Counted from the first letter of the stretch, positions 23,077 to 39,930 are shown. The stretch: DNA of 64,000 nt from Eledone cirrhosa (GCA_964016885.1 OZ024740.1:268522001-268586000); one strand, 5' to 3'. The notes: generated by a model not told the origin, from the letters alone. A program made the numbers and translations.

Positions 23077-23785
23077 CATAAGAGATGTAGTGAGATAATG
23101 GTTAGACTAACAGAAAGGGAAGACTTTGTATGTAGATGCACAGGGGTAACCGAGGGGAAGAGGGCCAGTGATGTAAACCTATTCCAGTCACAGGAAGGGT
23201 CCATAGAAGTGGTTGATACCTTTGGCTATCTAGGCGACACAATCAGCAATTGAGGAGGATGCTCTGTGAGCATAATAGCTGGAATAAAGATAGGATGGAA
23301 AAAGTTTAGAGAGTTACTCCTACTGTTGAATACAACATTTTCTCCCTGCGTACAAAAGGATGTCTGTATGACACCCGTGTGTGAAGTGCAATGCTGCATT
23401 GGTAGTGAAACATGGGCTTTGACTGCAGAGGGCATGTATAGACTGGAGAGAAAAAATGTAGCAACCATGCTTTGTTGGATGTGTAATGTAAGTGTGAGAG
23501 AGCAGATGAGGAATTCAAAGTGGTATGCAGGAGAGAAGACTGCAATGGTATGGGACATGTGATATGCAAGGACAAATGATTACTGGGTAAAGAAGTGTCA
23601 GGAAATCCCAAATGGAAGGAAGCTGCGGTAGAAGTAGACGAAGAAAAACCTGGCAAGTGGTTATGAGAGCTGACCTCAAATCACTAAAACTCACAGAAGA
23701 GATGATGAAGAAACATGAGTGGAGAGATGTTATACTGAGAAGAACCCATCCAACCCTTGCAAATGATGATGATGATGATGATGAT
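23077..23785 (+). mobile_element. Degenerate RTE LINE 3' fragment
   Basis: HKRCS, FVCRCTG, YLGD, GWKKFRELL, SETWA, RRKTW motifs; (GAT)n tail. Confidence 0.85.
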
Positions 23786-24409
23786 ATATATATTTTTTTG
23801 TTAGATGTAATATTTCACAAAATGAAGTTATTGCAATTATATCTTTTTTTTTTAGGCAACAACTTTCAGTGTTATTTTGGGGACATGACTGAAGCTTTCA
23901 AAACTTTGGATTTTTATTTATTTGTGAAGTGACTTCTTCTAAGATCAAATGTTGTAACTGAGACAATTGTATTATGGATGAATTATGATAAATATCACAA
24001 TATTCAATTTTGTTATAGCATTTTATACTAAAATTTTGTATAACAAGATGTGTGTTGTGTCTATGATGCAATTATTTTTTTAACACACTTTCACAAATCA
24101 TTAAGGGTTTGCTGAATATTCTAATTTTTTTTAGTATGAGGGGCCCTCCAAACCTGAAGTGCCCAACCCCCCTAAGGTCTAAATTCAGCCAACTCCAACA
24201 TTATTTTGTTTTCTGCATATCACTCAGTAAAATGGAAACATCATTGCCATTGATGTTTACCCTGATCAAGTAGTCCATGGACAAAAGTATCCCAGCCATG
24301 ATTGTTTTATCCCCCACCCCACCCAAGATATAATGATACTCAGAGCAGTAAGTACAAGAGTTGACTGACCAATTTGAAAGGCACTTCATCGGTTAGGACA
24401 GCAAGCGTT

Positions 24410-24690
24410 CAGGTTGATCTGATCAACGGTTAGCCTGCTCATGAAATTAATGTGAAAGTGGCTGAGCATTCCACAGACATGCGTACCCTTAACGTAGTTC
24501 TAAGGGGGGTTCCTTGACACAGAATGTGACAAGGCTGGCCTTTCGAATTACAGGTTCAACTCATTTTTGCCAGCTAAGTGAACTGGAGCAACATGAAATA
24601 AAGTGTCTTGTTCAAGGACACATCGTGCCACCGGGAATCAAACTCACAATCGTGAGTCAAATTCCCTAACCAGAAAGCCACGCACTTTCA
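24410..24690 (-). mobile_element. tRNA-derived SINE (family B-related head)
   Basis: GAAATAAAGTGTCTTG.TCAAGGACAC shared with 16130-16150. Confidence 0.7.
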
Positions 24691-24699
24691 CTGAATGAA

Positions 24700-24875
24700 A
24701 AGTGGCTAATATACTCTCATGGAATGACCAAGTGAGGTTTATTTTTCAACATAGTCCCTGGAAAGAAACAATACAGTTATTAATAAAAAGTTATAAAATG
24801 AATGCATCTAGATTTCACAAATTTAGCATCAAACCTTCATAGTCAGCCTATGAACTTTTCAACAAACTCTTGTAG
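24700..24875 (-). mobile_element. Tc1/mariner-type MITE fragment
   Basis: Reverse-complement homology to 14084-14285. Confidence 0.55.
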
Positions 24876-26608
24876 ACATTAGATCATTGTGAACAAATGG
24901 TATTGTCAGTATGAAACTATGTGCAACCAATTTCTCATGTTTACCAAATTTCAAAATTTCATTCTTACTGAAACACTTTCATTAGATTCAGAAAATAAGA
25001 AAAAGTATGAGAAACAAGACTATCAACAATCTAGCAACCCAACACTGAATACTCTATTGGCTTAGTTACGACTGATTGATTTGAATATTGAATATGTAAT
25101 TTACCTGATTACATTGTATTATTCCAGACAACTATAGCAGTCTTTTCATTATTTAATTACATAAGTAATTAGATAATAAATTAAAGACAAGAATTAATTA
25201 ATTAATTAATTAATTCCCACATGAGATGATATGATTTTAGCTTTCTGAAATCATCAAATTACAAATTGTTATTTCGGTGCTGCTATATAACTGATTACTA
25301 TTGTCTGTCGTCTTATTCTTTTGTCTAGTTAGTGAGAGGCATGAGGAGGTTGATGGTAGAACACACTCAACTATTGGTGTAATTGATTGATTCATTTGAC
25401 ATATTTCTTATAACACCTAGAAGCATTGCTGAGATGCTGCTCATTTTGGCACATATTGCACACAACCACGCGCTCTATCAACAATAACAACAATGACAAT
25501 GATGAACTAATGAAAACATCTCAGACTGGTCACACCACATGATAGAAATATAAGCCATACAACCACCAAATCAAATCCCACCTTAACCTTTTAGTATTTA
25601 AACTGGCCATATCCAGCCAGAATTCTCTCACCCCCTTCTATTCAAATCGGCCATAACTGGCCCCTCACTCTGATGTTAAGGTATTGTTCTCAAAATAAAT
25701 AATATCATAATCTCATAGATTCGATATTATGTGAGATAAAGCCTTTACCATGAATATACAATAGTAAATATAGAGTAATGTAAATGTTGAAGGGTTAAAT
25801 AAAGAACACATGAGATAATGTAGGCCTATATATCACTAAAATGACAGGATGGTCATAGCTGGAATGTTTCTGATCATAAGTCAAGCTTGACCTTCGGTTA
25901 AACAAGTGGTAAGAAACTCTCAGGAAAGCTAGACAGTAGAAGGTCTTCAGAGATGACCCCCCCCCCCCCACCTCATGCAAGTGTTTTTGCTCTAGTCTCT
26001 TATGTCACTGCTCAGTCTGTTAGAAATATCATCCAATACAGTTAAATCAACTCAAAGCTGCAAATAACATAAAACCACTCCCGTTGAGGTACAGTTTCTC
26101 TTAAACACATTAAATTCTAAACTGGAAAAATATAAACAGAAAAAAACCCACCCTGGCAATGCGAAATGTTGTTATAAGCTGATTTAAGAGAATTTATACA
26201 AATTAAAGAAAATTAAATCTTTAATTAGGGGTGTTGAATACTGGTTTTAAAATATTTATTTTCATTTAGTATTTAATTAGTTATTACATTAGTATTAACA
26301 TTAGTATTAACATTATTTAATGAAAATAAAAATTTTAAATAATGAAATAATTAATCATGCGGTGAAGAAAAAAAAGCAATAGAAATTGATTACTAAAATT
26401 ATCTAAAATATATCAACCAGTATTGGGGAGACTCCTCTGTTCACGTTTTGGTACTATTATGACTTCATCAGGGAAGTTTATAACTTCACCACAATTGCCC
26501 ATGTAGTGATATAAGAGCTGCTAAGTAAATATATAAGATTGAACACTTCATACACACACAATTGCACCCATACACTGATACATTCATTTAGTGTCATGAA
26601 TCAGATAA

Positions 26609-27369
26609 TTGGTTATAGTGCCAAGAAACTACCCACCATTGGTTATAATGCCAAGAAACTACCCACCATCCCTAATGAACAATGGATTCCAATATACCCT
26701 AAAACTCGACATCCAGGAACTCAGACACCCCAAACCCAGGAATGAACCGCAACAGAAAACTCTACAATACATCTCCACGCACAACCCCCTCAACAATGAG
26801 GCATTCAACACCATCCTCCAGAACATTCCTTTACTAAAAAGAGACCCAAGTATGAACAAAATCCTCCAAACACACAACATCATAAAGAGCAAAAGAAACC
26901 TAAATCCATAAAAACATCCTCACACAAGCCAAAATTCAATAAACCCTCACAATAAACGCTACAGTAACAAAATGCGGAAGGCCCAACTGTGGTATATGCA
27001 TAAATCTAATAGAAGGTTCAACGTTCCATTTTAAACAAGGACAACATTTCACAGTTAAACACAACTTTACATGTGCATCTGAAAACCTAATATATGTTTT
27101 GACCTGCTCAGGTCATAAGACAGACAAAAAACAGCCTCCGACAACGTATGACCGTCCATAAATCACAATTCAAAATACAGGAATACAGAAAGATTTCATT
27201 TAGTGAACATATCGCCAATTGTACACCCAACCAACATCCAAACTTTAAAATTTTCCCCATTTACAAATTCATAGACAACGCTACTTTCATCCATCGTACC
27301 AATAAGGAAACGTATTTCATTAACAAATTCCAACCTCTACTTAATGGACTAAACTTTGGACTAAACTAA
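26609..27369 (+). mobile_element. PLE 3' fragment: thumb/linker, Zn-finger and GIY-YIG endonuclease (Neptune-like)
   Basis: YISTHNP...; KCGRPNCGIC; FTCASENLIYVLTC; QTKNSLRQRMTVH; KETYFINKFQPLLN; frameshifted. Confidence 0.8.
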
Positions 27370-27595
27370 AACTGGAACGAACAATCAAACATTTACAAAT
27401 ACCTATGTCACTCTAATCCTTTTTCTTAAATAAATTAAATATCATCCAGCATGAATTACCCCCCCCCCCGCCCCGCATATTAATTCTCTAAAAAGGGAAA
27501 TCATATCAAACCCCAGTCCACCATTTGCCTCCATCATGGATCAACTAAGTACTCTTGCTATATTAACACATTTTGATCTGCTTATCTTCAAGAAC

Positions 27596-30363
<2,768 letters not shown>

Positions 30364-31074
30364 TATATATATATAAATAAATAAATACAATATCGGAGAA
30401 AGCTTTTTAGCGATACTCCGGCCAAATTCCAACTCACACAACAAACATTAGGAAATAAGTGATTATATTCCCAATTATGCGTTCGGGGTGCTAACTAAAA
30501 GTATTGCGTGGAAAATTGGCTGTATTATTTCAAATGAGACATATCTAATATATCTCTTCCCAGATGGACGTCTCGTTTCATTATAGGATTCCTACAATTT
30601 GAGTGAAATTATACCAATTTATGTAGGAGTTTGTATACCATCAATAGATATATATTCAAGTGGGCTCCTATAATTCATCAGTGGGTGCCCCAATAATACT
30701 AATAGTGATAATCTAACCAACATCAGCATTTAGCGATAATCACTTTCTGTGCCTGAGGTATCTGTCAGGTAGCCAGTCCAGCAGTTCTGAAAGAAGTGCT
30801 CGAACTGATTAAAAAAATGAGGAAGTGAATTACCGCCCCCCAAAAAAACAATACATGCGCGTGACAATGAACTCTGAAAGGAATTCAGGCCACGTGCTAA
30901 GAACTCAATTGGAAATTGAAAAAATATCTATGTGTGTACAACATTTGATGACACACACAGATATTTTCTCGGGCAAAAATATATAAATAAATACATACAC
31001 ACATATACATATATACATATATATATAAACATACACATACACATATATACACATACATATATATATATATATAT

Positions 31075-31162
31075 ATAAATCAGGAAAGAAGAGTGACACG
31101 GTTTGCTATACAAAAAAGGTTTTTTGTATAGCAAACCGTGTCACTCTTCTTTCCTGATTTAT
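31075..31162. repeat. Perfect palindrome, 43-bp arms, 2-nt loop
   Basis: ATAAATCAGGAAAGAAGAGTGACACGGTTTGCTATACAAAAAA-GG-exact reverse complement. Confidence 0.95.
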
Positions 31163-31172
31163 TATTACTCCA

Positions 31173-31360
31173 AGGGCAGTGGATTAGCAGTATCGGTAGA
31201 GGGTCGGACGCCATGCTTTCCAGCATAGTTACGTCCCTTTACGATCTGAGTTAAAATCCCGCCGAGGTTGATTTTGCCTTTCATCCTTACGGGGTCAATA
31301 AAATAAAGTACCAGTAATGCACTGGGTAATTGCTGGCCTTGTGCCTAAAGTAGAAACAAT
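31173..31360 (+). mobile_element. SINE family A with TSD
   Basis: Near-identical to 12143-12332; flanking repeat ATTATTACTCCAAG. Confidence 0.88.
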
Positions 31361-31501
31361 TATTACTCCAAGTGTTTACAACATAGGAATTACAGCGTAC
31401 TCGCAGCATCACTATGCCAAGCGTTGATATCATCCACTACCCGGAGTACCATAACTGGACTGCACCTAAGTGGACTACCTATAACAATAATTTGTTACCC
31501 C

Positions 31502-31588
<87 letters not shown>

Positions 31589-31699
31589 CATACATATATA
31601 TATACAAATAAGTACTCATAAATATATGCATATTACACAGACACATAAAAAACAGTTCTACAAGCAGAAAATGCAGATAAGTAAGAGGTACTCACATAA

Positions 31700-34557
31700 C
31701 CATAGTGGCCGTATTTCAGGTTGAGGAGGGTGGGGGTGGGGTGGGAAGGAGGTAGAGGGGCTAAAAAGGGGAAGTCATTTTTAGTCATCGGGCATTAACA
31801 CTGGCTTAAGGTATTTGAAATTTGCAAAGTTCTTGTGCATGCTGTTCGGGGAGTGTTCAGAGAGTTTGTTCATTAGAGGGCCCTTGGCGAATAAAATTTC
31901 GTAGCTCTCTGAGTTACAAAGATTCACAGCCCTTGTGTCCTCCGTTGTAAGAGCGCGCTCTCTGGAGTATTTTCCATTTAAGCGTGAAGTGGGTGGATTT
32001 CCATTAGAGGTCCCAAACAGGAGGCGAGTGTTGTCTGGTTTGATTTGTCCGGTCTTCTGAAGGAGTGGGTATGGGCATACCAACGGATCTTAAAGTTATT
32101 GAAAGTCATGCCGATGTAAGTCTTTTTGTTATTGCAATCATCGGTGCCTGAGATGACATCGCATTTGTATACGATATCATTTGTCAGGCATTTGTTTTCA
32201 AGTGGGCAGGCTTCCTTATTTAGGCAATTATACAAGGCCCCAGTCCGGGATTAGGTTCGGAGGTGGTTGGCTTATTTAATTTTTTAGAATTGTGTTTGGC
32301 TATATTCCTAGCTAGGTTATGTGTGGTGGAGTAGGAGAGTCTTATTGTGTTCTTATTAAAGATGGTGTAGTACCTTTGTTGTGTGGGGGAGTGTGTTTTC
32401 AGCAAAGTGAAGAAAATCCTAGCTATCGGTGTAGAGACCTCTCTATTGAAGGGAGGGTTGTACCAGCTAATCTGCCCATGCCTATTCCTCCTCTGCAATC
32501 TTGCGGTGGTTACTAGGTAGGTTATCCGCTGCGGGCGAGGGCGTCATTGTAGTAGGAGGCAGAGGCGTTAAAAATATCTTCGTTGGCAGAGAGGCCAGAG
32601 ATTCTAATAGAGACGCTTTTTACTAAGTTATCAGTGATGTTTTTGGGGTGGTTAGAATTAACATTAATATATCTAAGGGACTCGTTAGGTTTATGGTACG
32701 GGTAATAGAGGGAAGTATCTAGGTCGAGAGTGACATCTAAGAAGTTGGCCCTAGTCATATTAGATTCTATAGTTATACTAAATCCTAGATTAGAGAAGAA
32801 CGAGCTTAAGTTTCTCCGAAACCCATCGGTGGTTCTGGGGTTAACCGTGTGCTGGGCGAAGAGGCCGTCGTCTCGGTATAAACCTCCGGTTAGGCCAGTA
32901 AAGAGGTTCTTCAGGTGATGTAAAATGTACAAGCCCACAAGGTCGCTAATTTCAGCCGAGTCACTCGCTCTCATGCTGACGTCAAATGGGGTCTGAGACT
33001 TCTTGTTGATCCAGTAAGATCCATCGTGGTATAGAAAGGTCTTACGGGCGTGGAGGATAACAACTTGCTCAGCATCGGTAATGGTGGTAAAATTCCTGGC
33101 AAAGGTAATTGCATCCTTCAGGAGGGGCTCCGAGATAGAAGCATAGTAGTTTTCTATGTTGAGTTCCAGGAAGCGAGTGTGGCGTTTGTCGGGTAATTCT
33201 TGGAACCAGGATATTGCCTCAGATGTTCTGCTCCAGAGTGGGAGTGGTGAGGCAACCTGCAATGATGGTAGAACTCTATCTAGGATCTTCTTACTGATAG
33301 AGCCGATGTCTGAACGAGTGGGGTTGATAAGTCTGACTGATGTTTTGTTGAGGAAGTTTCCCTTAAGGTCCTTCAGGGTAAAGTGCGGGGTCTTTACCCT
33401 TAAAGGTTCGGTTCGGTCATGTAATTTAAGGGACTTGGCGATTTCTTTTCCGGCCGCGTTTGTCTCAGTCAATGCCATCTCTATTACCTTTTTGTAGGTG
33501 CTCGTGATGGCCTTTTTTGACAGCTTATTGTAGGTCTGTGGGTCTACCTCATAAACGTTTTTGGTTTTATCGGAGGAGACATGGAGATTAGGGGATTTAT
33601 TTATATTCCGCAATTCAGTATTTAAGTAGGCCTGGAATGGTGTGGTGGCTCTACGGAATTTGATATCTTTGATCATCTTGAAGAGGTCTTCTTCAAATGG
33701 CTCAAGTATGCTGTTGGTGGGTGGTGCCTTATTCGTTTTGAAGCCGAACTTCTCATCATTGGTAAATGCTACATCAGGGTTGTCGAGGAAGAAGGCTCTC
33801 CATCTAATTCGCTTGATGAATTCGTCGGTACGTCTGATGAGTGTTTTTAGGTATAGTTTCCTTGGAGGAATAGAGATGTTCTTCATGGAGACATCAAGGT
33901 CGAGTTTGGTCAGCATAGTTTCTTGGTGATGGTTATAAGGGGCACAGAGAGTGCTAAAAGGTACGTTATTCCGGGTTGAATCGGAGGTAACCACAGTAAG
34001 TAAGTTACTCAATACATAGCAGAGTATAACAGTTTTAATATAGATGAGATTCTACAGGACTAGAACTGTTTCATTCTTTAGAAATCATCAGGAATCAGGG
34101 TATCAACAAATAAATATGGTATTTATAGGTCTCTTCAGGTGGTAGGAGAGGGTGGGGAGTGGGATGGGTAGAGGTCATTGGTTGATAGAAAAGGGAATTC
34201 ATTAAAAGCTAATTCTTTAAAGCTATAATTTATATTTAGAGTAACAAAGGCAGAAAGAATTCTATATACATATATTAACAGGCGTTTACAGAAATTTATT
34301 AAGTTCTTATAAATAACAATCGAAGAGTGTTTAAAACATTTAATTTGTTACTCTAAATATAAATTATAGCTTTAAAGAATTAGCTTTTAATGAATTCCCT
34401 TTTCTATCAACCAATGACCTCTACCTATCCCACTCCCCACCCTCTCCTACCACCTGAAGAGACCTATAAATACCATATTTATTTTTTGATACCCAGATTC
34501 CTGATGATTTCTAGAGAATGAAACAGTTCTAGTCCTGTAGAATCTCATCTATATTAA

Positions 34558-34561
<4 letters not shown>
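31700..34561 (-). mobile_element. Nearly full-length Penelope-like retroelement (RT + C-terminal GIY-YIG), frameshifted
   Basis: 496-aa ORF 32522-34012 (RLINP, NIENYYASI, YRDDG, NFLDVTLDL, SNHP); then WYNPPFN (32220-32498) and CPLENKCLTNDIVY..YIGMT..FKIRW..H (31978-32235). 218-bp inverted repeat 34031-34248/34344-34561 at the 5' end; a diverged partial copy of that repeat at the 3' end (31715-31785). Confidence 0.92.
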
Positions 34562-34614
<53 letters not shown>

Positions 34615-34626
<12 letters not shown>

Positions 34627-35090
34627 TTAACAGGCGTTTACAGAAATTTATTAAGTTCTTATAAATAACAATCGAAGAGTGTTTAAAACATTTAACCACT
34701 TACGATCGTTTCATCCTAGCACAAGGCCGATATAATCGGAGTATATAATAAAGATTAAAACACAAATTTAATATCAGAAGTTTGTCATAAGAACATTAGG
34801 AGGATAGATAATATGAGAAGTAAGCATAAGTATCAACATTTATATAAGAAGCATATGAAAAATATGAGCATATAGATGCAATAAAATTAGGAGCAGCTAA
34901 AAGCATTAAAAGTTTTTAAAAATTTAAAATAAATGCTGCTATAGAAAGATTAAGTATAGTGCAAGACATGATAAAACATATATCATAAGCATTACAAACA
35001 TTTATAAATTTAATAAGAGCAGGTGTGCAGTTCAAATATAAATTTAAAATATAAAGATACATTTTCAAAACATATTTTTAATAATGTTTA
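34615..35090 (-). mobile_element. PLE 3'UTR/terminal repeat, same family as 22590-23050
   Basis: Extended reverse-complement homology; hammerhead core mutated (CCGATTA). Confidence 0.7.
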
Positions 35091-35663
35091 TTAAATTCTA
35101 CACGTCAACTTGACGCTCTAGTAAAATACACTTACCACGTTGAAGAATTGAACACCGGGTAATGTGATTTCTTAACGAACTTCTTAACCATACGGTCATA
35201 CCTACCTCTATTCTTATATTTGGGAATAGCGTTATCTTAACCTATTAATTCACAGATTTTCAAAAACAAGACAGTCAGAACATTATGCGATAGGAAGTAA
35301 TTATTGGTTGTAATTAATTGTAGAATGAAAATTAAATTTGATCAATTAATGAGTTAAATTGATTCAGAAGAGACAATCTAAATTAATCAATTGTTGGATT
35401 AATTAATTCACTTCTTCTCTACATAATACTGTTCAACACAATATCTAATATAAAGAGTAACATTTAGGACCCAGATATAGTTGGATTACCCCTCTAATTT
35501 AAAATGTGACGATGTAATTTATTTTTTATCGCAATTAGGGAACAAAAGCGTTATTGTTTACAAGTTTCCAACGGGCTAATTACTGCTTCTATGCACTTTT
35601 GACAGCAGGAATGAGAAAGATATATATTTTTTAATTTGGTGCATAGCCGAACATTTATAAGCG

Positions 35664-35820
35664 TGGCTTCGTGGTAAGTGTACGATAATAATGTTATTGG
35701 TTCAATTCCTAGGCTGCGACGGATTAGCGTCCTGTCCTGGGGGGAATCTTGTACTTCTAATCGCTTCACGCCACGGAACCGGGATAAGCACCGGACTGAC
35801 AAGCATCCTGGCTTAAGACA
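35664..35820 (+). mobile_element. tRNA-derived SINE, diverged
   Basis: TGGCTTCGTGGTAAG A-box and GGTTCAATTCC B-box; tail similar to 370-440. Confidence 0.6.
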
Positions 35821-35832
35821 CTTTAAACACCA

Positions 35833-36152
35833 AAGGGGCGTGCAACAGGCGGCCCGCGGCCCACAATTTGGCCCACCAGGCCCGTCAGAGTGGCCCACGA
35901 TGACCGTTTTTAATTTTCACCTTGTAGGCTTATTTAGAATTTTTTTCGTAACCGTGATATAATTTTCTGTTAGTTGACTTTTACTAAAGGGCTTCACTGA
36001 TAGGGTTATGTGTGTTATAGTTTCCCAGTCCCATGTTATGGAAAGAAGTTGTGGGGGAATCTTTGGAATAGTGCTTAATTAATATTAATGGCCCTAATAG
36101 TTGTTCCAATGTTCAAAAGTGGCCCGCTAATAGGATATGTTGCACACCCCTG
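35833..36152. mobile_element. hAT (Charlie-like) MITE
   Basis: TIRs (A)AGGGGCGTGCAAC / GTTGCACACCCCTG; subterminal GGCCC repeats; TSD not evident. Confidence 0.7.
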
Positions 36153-36474
36153 CTGTAGAGCATAAACAACGTTCGAAAAGCACAGCATTGTTTTATTTCT
36201 AGAAATATAGTTATTAATACATTGGAGGTCATGTTTGATGGTTTCTTGTGTAGCTGTACCTAATGTTTACTTTGTTTCTGTTAAATATCTTGAGATATCT
36301 ACAATCGGTTGGAATTCGTTTGGTGATTAATGTTAGGAAGATTTGTTTTCCACATTTGTCACTAGATTGAAGTGGGAGAATGGGTTGAAACAAATGGTGT
36401 TTTTATTTCTTTTATTTTGTCTGATTTATGGTTCAGTTATGTATTCTAATTTTTCTATGAACAAACCCTTAGAG

Positions 36475-37142
36475 AGCGGTGGATTGGCAATATCGGTAGA
36501 GCGTCGGATACTAAACTTTGCGGAATAGAGTTACGGCTCTTTGCGTTCTGATTTCAAATCATCCTTACGGGGTTGATAAAATAAAGAATAAAGTACCAGT
36601 AACACACTGGATCGATTTATCAAATTCCCTCTCTTCCAATATGGTTAGCCTCATGTCTAAATCAGAAACCATTACAGAGCGGTGATGATTAGAGGACAGA
36701 TATCCTCTATATACCAGTCAAGTTCGCTAAATATTGGCAACAAAACTGATATTTCAACTTTATTTAAAATCTGTTATATTCGTTGCCTACTCCATCTTTG
36801 TTCACAACAACTTTGTATGATACATTTTCCTCACTACCTAACCGCCTGTAGTACTTGTGTAGAACAGAGGAGATTTTGAAGGTTTATAATATCAGAAACA
36901 ATCCACTTGCTTCTAGTTATGAGTGTGAGGATTATTAAATATGTTTCAGGGCAGTAGATTGGTAGTATCGTTAGAGCATCGGAAAAATGCTTCGCGATAG
37001 AGTTATGACCCTTTACGTCCTGAATTCAAATCCCGTCGAGGTTAGCTTTACGGGGTCGATAAAATAAAATACCAGTAAAGCACTGGAGTCGATTTAATTG
37101 ACTTTCCCCTCCCACAAAATCGTTAACTTTGTGCCTAAATCA
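36475..37142 (+). mobile_element. Two SINE A copies (36475-36672, 36949-37142)
   Basis: Family A head, core and tail motifs. Confidence 0.75.
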
Positions 37143-38389
37143 TCATTAAATAGGTCTTTGTGAGCATTTCAATGTCAGCATCTAGGACAGCAGTTACTTT
37201 GGCCAAGTGCAATGCCTCACACAACCATAAATGGGAAATAAAATTCTACCCTTTTCTCTTATAAAGCTATATTGTCGCAATCTATATGCGGAGTTTTATT
37301 TATCGAAATTGTTCGGATTATCGCTTACCCCTTCTTTACATTTTTTTTTTTTTCGTTAGTTACTTTCTTGGAGAAATTACTTGAGACAGTGTTTGAAATG
37401 TTTACGCGAACTTTCTGCTAAGTCAGTGTTTTATACTTGGTTACTGGATTTGTCTGTTCCATAGCAAGCCAATTAGTTATGTCAATATGGCTTTCCATTA
37501 TTCTTTTAAATAAGCATTTGGGTATCGTAATATCGACCGTCAATGTCTCGTATCCAATTATTAAGTTTCTTACTAGTGGTGCCTTTTCATTATGCAACTT
37601 TCCACAGAATTTGATGTTGATATAATATTCTTAATAATTGTTGTTAGCCAAGACGAATAGAGATTGGAATTATTGTCTTCATTTCAGATCGCAGACAAAA
37701 TAATTTAAGAGAAATGCTAATTTTACAAATGTTATTTTTTCATCCCCCTGGTATACAGTTTGTGTTTTGAAAGCAAACTTGTCGTTAATGTTATTTCATT
37801 AAAGTATTTTTTGTTTTCGATAAAGACATTTTTCACTTGAAGTCTTCATTCATTCATTTTCCCTCAAGAGATTGGAGCGTACATTCACCGTACACATTAC
37901 TCACTTTTTATAGTTGTAGTTCGGTGTACTACAAACTTTACACATGATAGTATCTAAATATCTGATTCAACGGTGAAGGTTTTGATGTTTTCTTCTAGTT
38001 TTGTTATGCACCTGATGTTTATGTCGAGCTATTTCATTACCAGGTTTCCAGAAGGTATCTCCACCATGTTCTTTAAATGATAGAAACAGCATACAAGCAA
38101 GTATTGATTGCCCAATATGTTGTTATAACATGTTTTCGGTTTCTTCTCGTTTGAAATCGTCAATAAGTTTTAAATGAGTGGTTGTTGTTTTTTATCGACT
38201 TTCGTCAAAGATGGTACGTTGTCTAATGAGAGTTTTGAGAGATAGGGAAATTCTTTTAAAAATTTAAATTATTTTAAAGTTGTATATATTCTAGAATATC
38301 TCTGCCGGATAAGTTTGGTATGGAGATATATGAGTAGCTGTTATGTAACCTAAGATTACCCCTAATCAAGTAGTCCTGTGGCATGCACG

Positions 38390-39930
38390 TAGTCAGTAGA
38401 ACGATGAGAAATGACTGGCAGATTCATTGTCAGAGTTATATACGTCTACATCTAATCATGGACCTTAGCATACTCCAATATACAATAATAAATCATATGG
38501 AATGCAGTGTGGCACTCTCGATATAATACACTCTTCCATGTCTAGTCTATTTCTGTAGTCTTGTAGATTGTGGAGATGGCTACAGTGGAAATGCACAAAA
38601 TAGACCCATCAGAGCATTCCAGTTACTGTTCCAAGCATTTACATTTGGTAGTCCCCATCCTAGAGATAGTGAGGCTTTTGATGTTACATATGTTACATTG
38701 TGTATCCGGACTGAGTGGGGGAAATTATGATTTTAGGATGTTGTAGTAGTGTTCTAAGGGTTGTATAAGTGTTTGGTTGTTTGGAGGGGACTATCATGCA
38801 GTGACACTATATTTGAAGCTTGCTGTGGCAACAAACTGTGCCCCTTGCATATTCAAGCGGTCTTTCATTCATTTTTGGTATTTTTGTGAGTGTCGTTTGT
38901 GTACTACCTGACATGATGTGTAGTGCGTTGATTGGTGCTGTTTGTAGTCTGCTGTCATTTGTTATGGAGAGTTTGGTTTTAGAAATAGAACGAACGTATT
39001 GTTTGCACAGCAATTTTGTTTCTTTATTGGCCAACAGATATTTGTGATTGCTCGAAGTATATTCGTATATCTTTTCATTTACTTTACTATATTTCTAGGT
39101 CTGCTGTAAATGTTACAGAGAAGTTGTCTTCTGTGCAGGGGATATGCTTATATTGTTGAGTATGATGGTAATGTGTTTCCATTTTTGTTATCTGTACTAT
39201 TAGAAAAGGCGGCGAGTTGACAGTCTTTAGAACGTCGGATATAATGTTTTGTAGTATTAGTTCCAACTCTCTGCTCTCTGAGTTCAAATCCCGCCGAGTT
39301 CAACTTTACCTTTCATCCATTGGAGGTTGTATGTATGTATTTATGTATTATGTATGTATATTAAACCACTGGGAGTGAAGGACCCCAAGCCTTTGTCAGG
39401 GCATTCTTCTAGGAGAAGGCAACTCAGGAAACTGAGATAACTCTGACATAAAACCTTCTGCTCAGTAGTTACCGATGATATTGATCTTTTCTTCTTTTAG
39501 AGTTATAGCTACTGTCGCTCAGAAAGTGGGACTGGTTCAGTGCACAGTCTTTCTCACTTTAAATAAAACCTCCACGCACAGTCAACCTGAAATTGTTTAA
39601 AGCATTGAAGTCTTCCACAATAATATCATATCTAATATAATGTTGTTATATACGAATGACATTTGTGATATCTATATGTTGAACACAAGGTTTTGTGTAT
39701 GTTATGTAATAAAAGGGTTCTTTCTAGTCTGATTTGTGCATTATTTCGAATGATTGGTGTTCTGTGTTCTTGTAGTGAATGTTTCATGTATTATTGCTGC
39801 ATGAATGTCATGAGCAATGATAACATCGTTTAGTTCCATAAAGATGGATTTAATGCTGTTAGTATTGTATTGCAGGCTATTTCCATTTTGGTTTTTACAA
39901 AGAGTAATCTTTATGTGAAGCATTTATGTT
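38390..39930 (-). mobile_element. Highly degenerate I/Jockey-group LINE with nested SINE A (39205-39330)
   Basis: APE start LQYNTNSIK..ELN..IHAAIIHET (39741-39923); post-RT LCKQYVRSI..RLQ..NALHIMSG (38807-39034). Confidence 0.55.

Noticed and set aside
31700-34012. Naiad/Chlamys-type or selenoprotein-encoding PLE
   Set aside because: The GIY-YIG domain is C-terminal and the breaks are frameshifts or TAA, not in-frame TGA at Cys positions.
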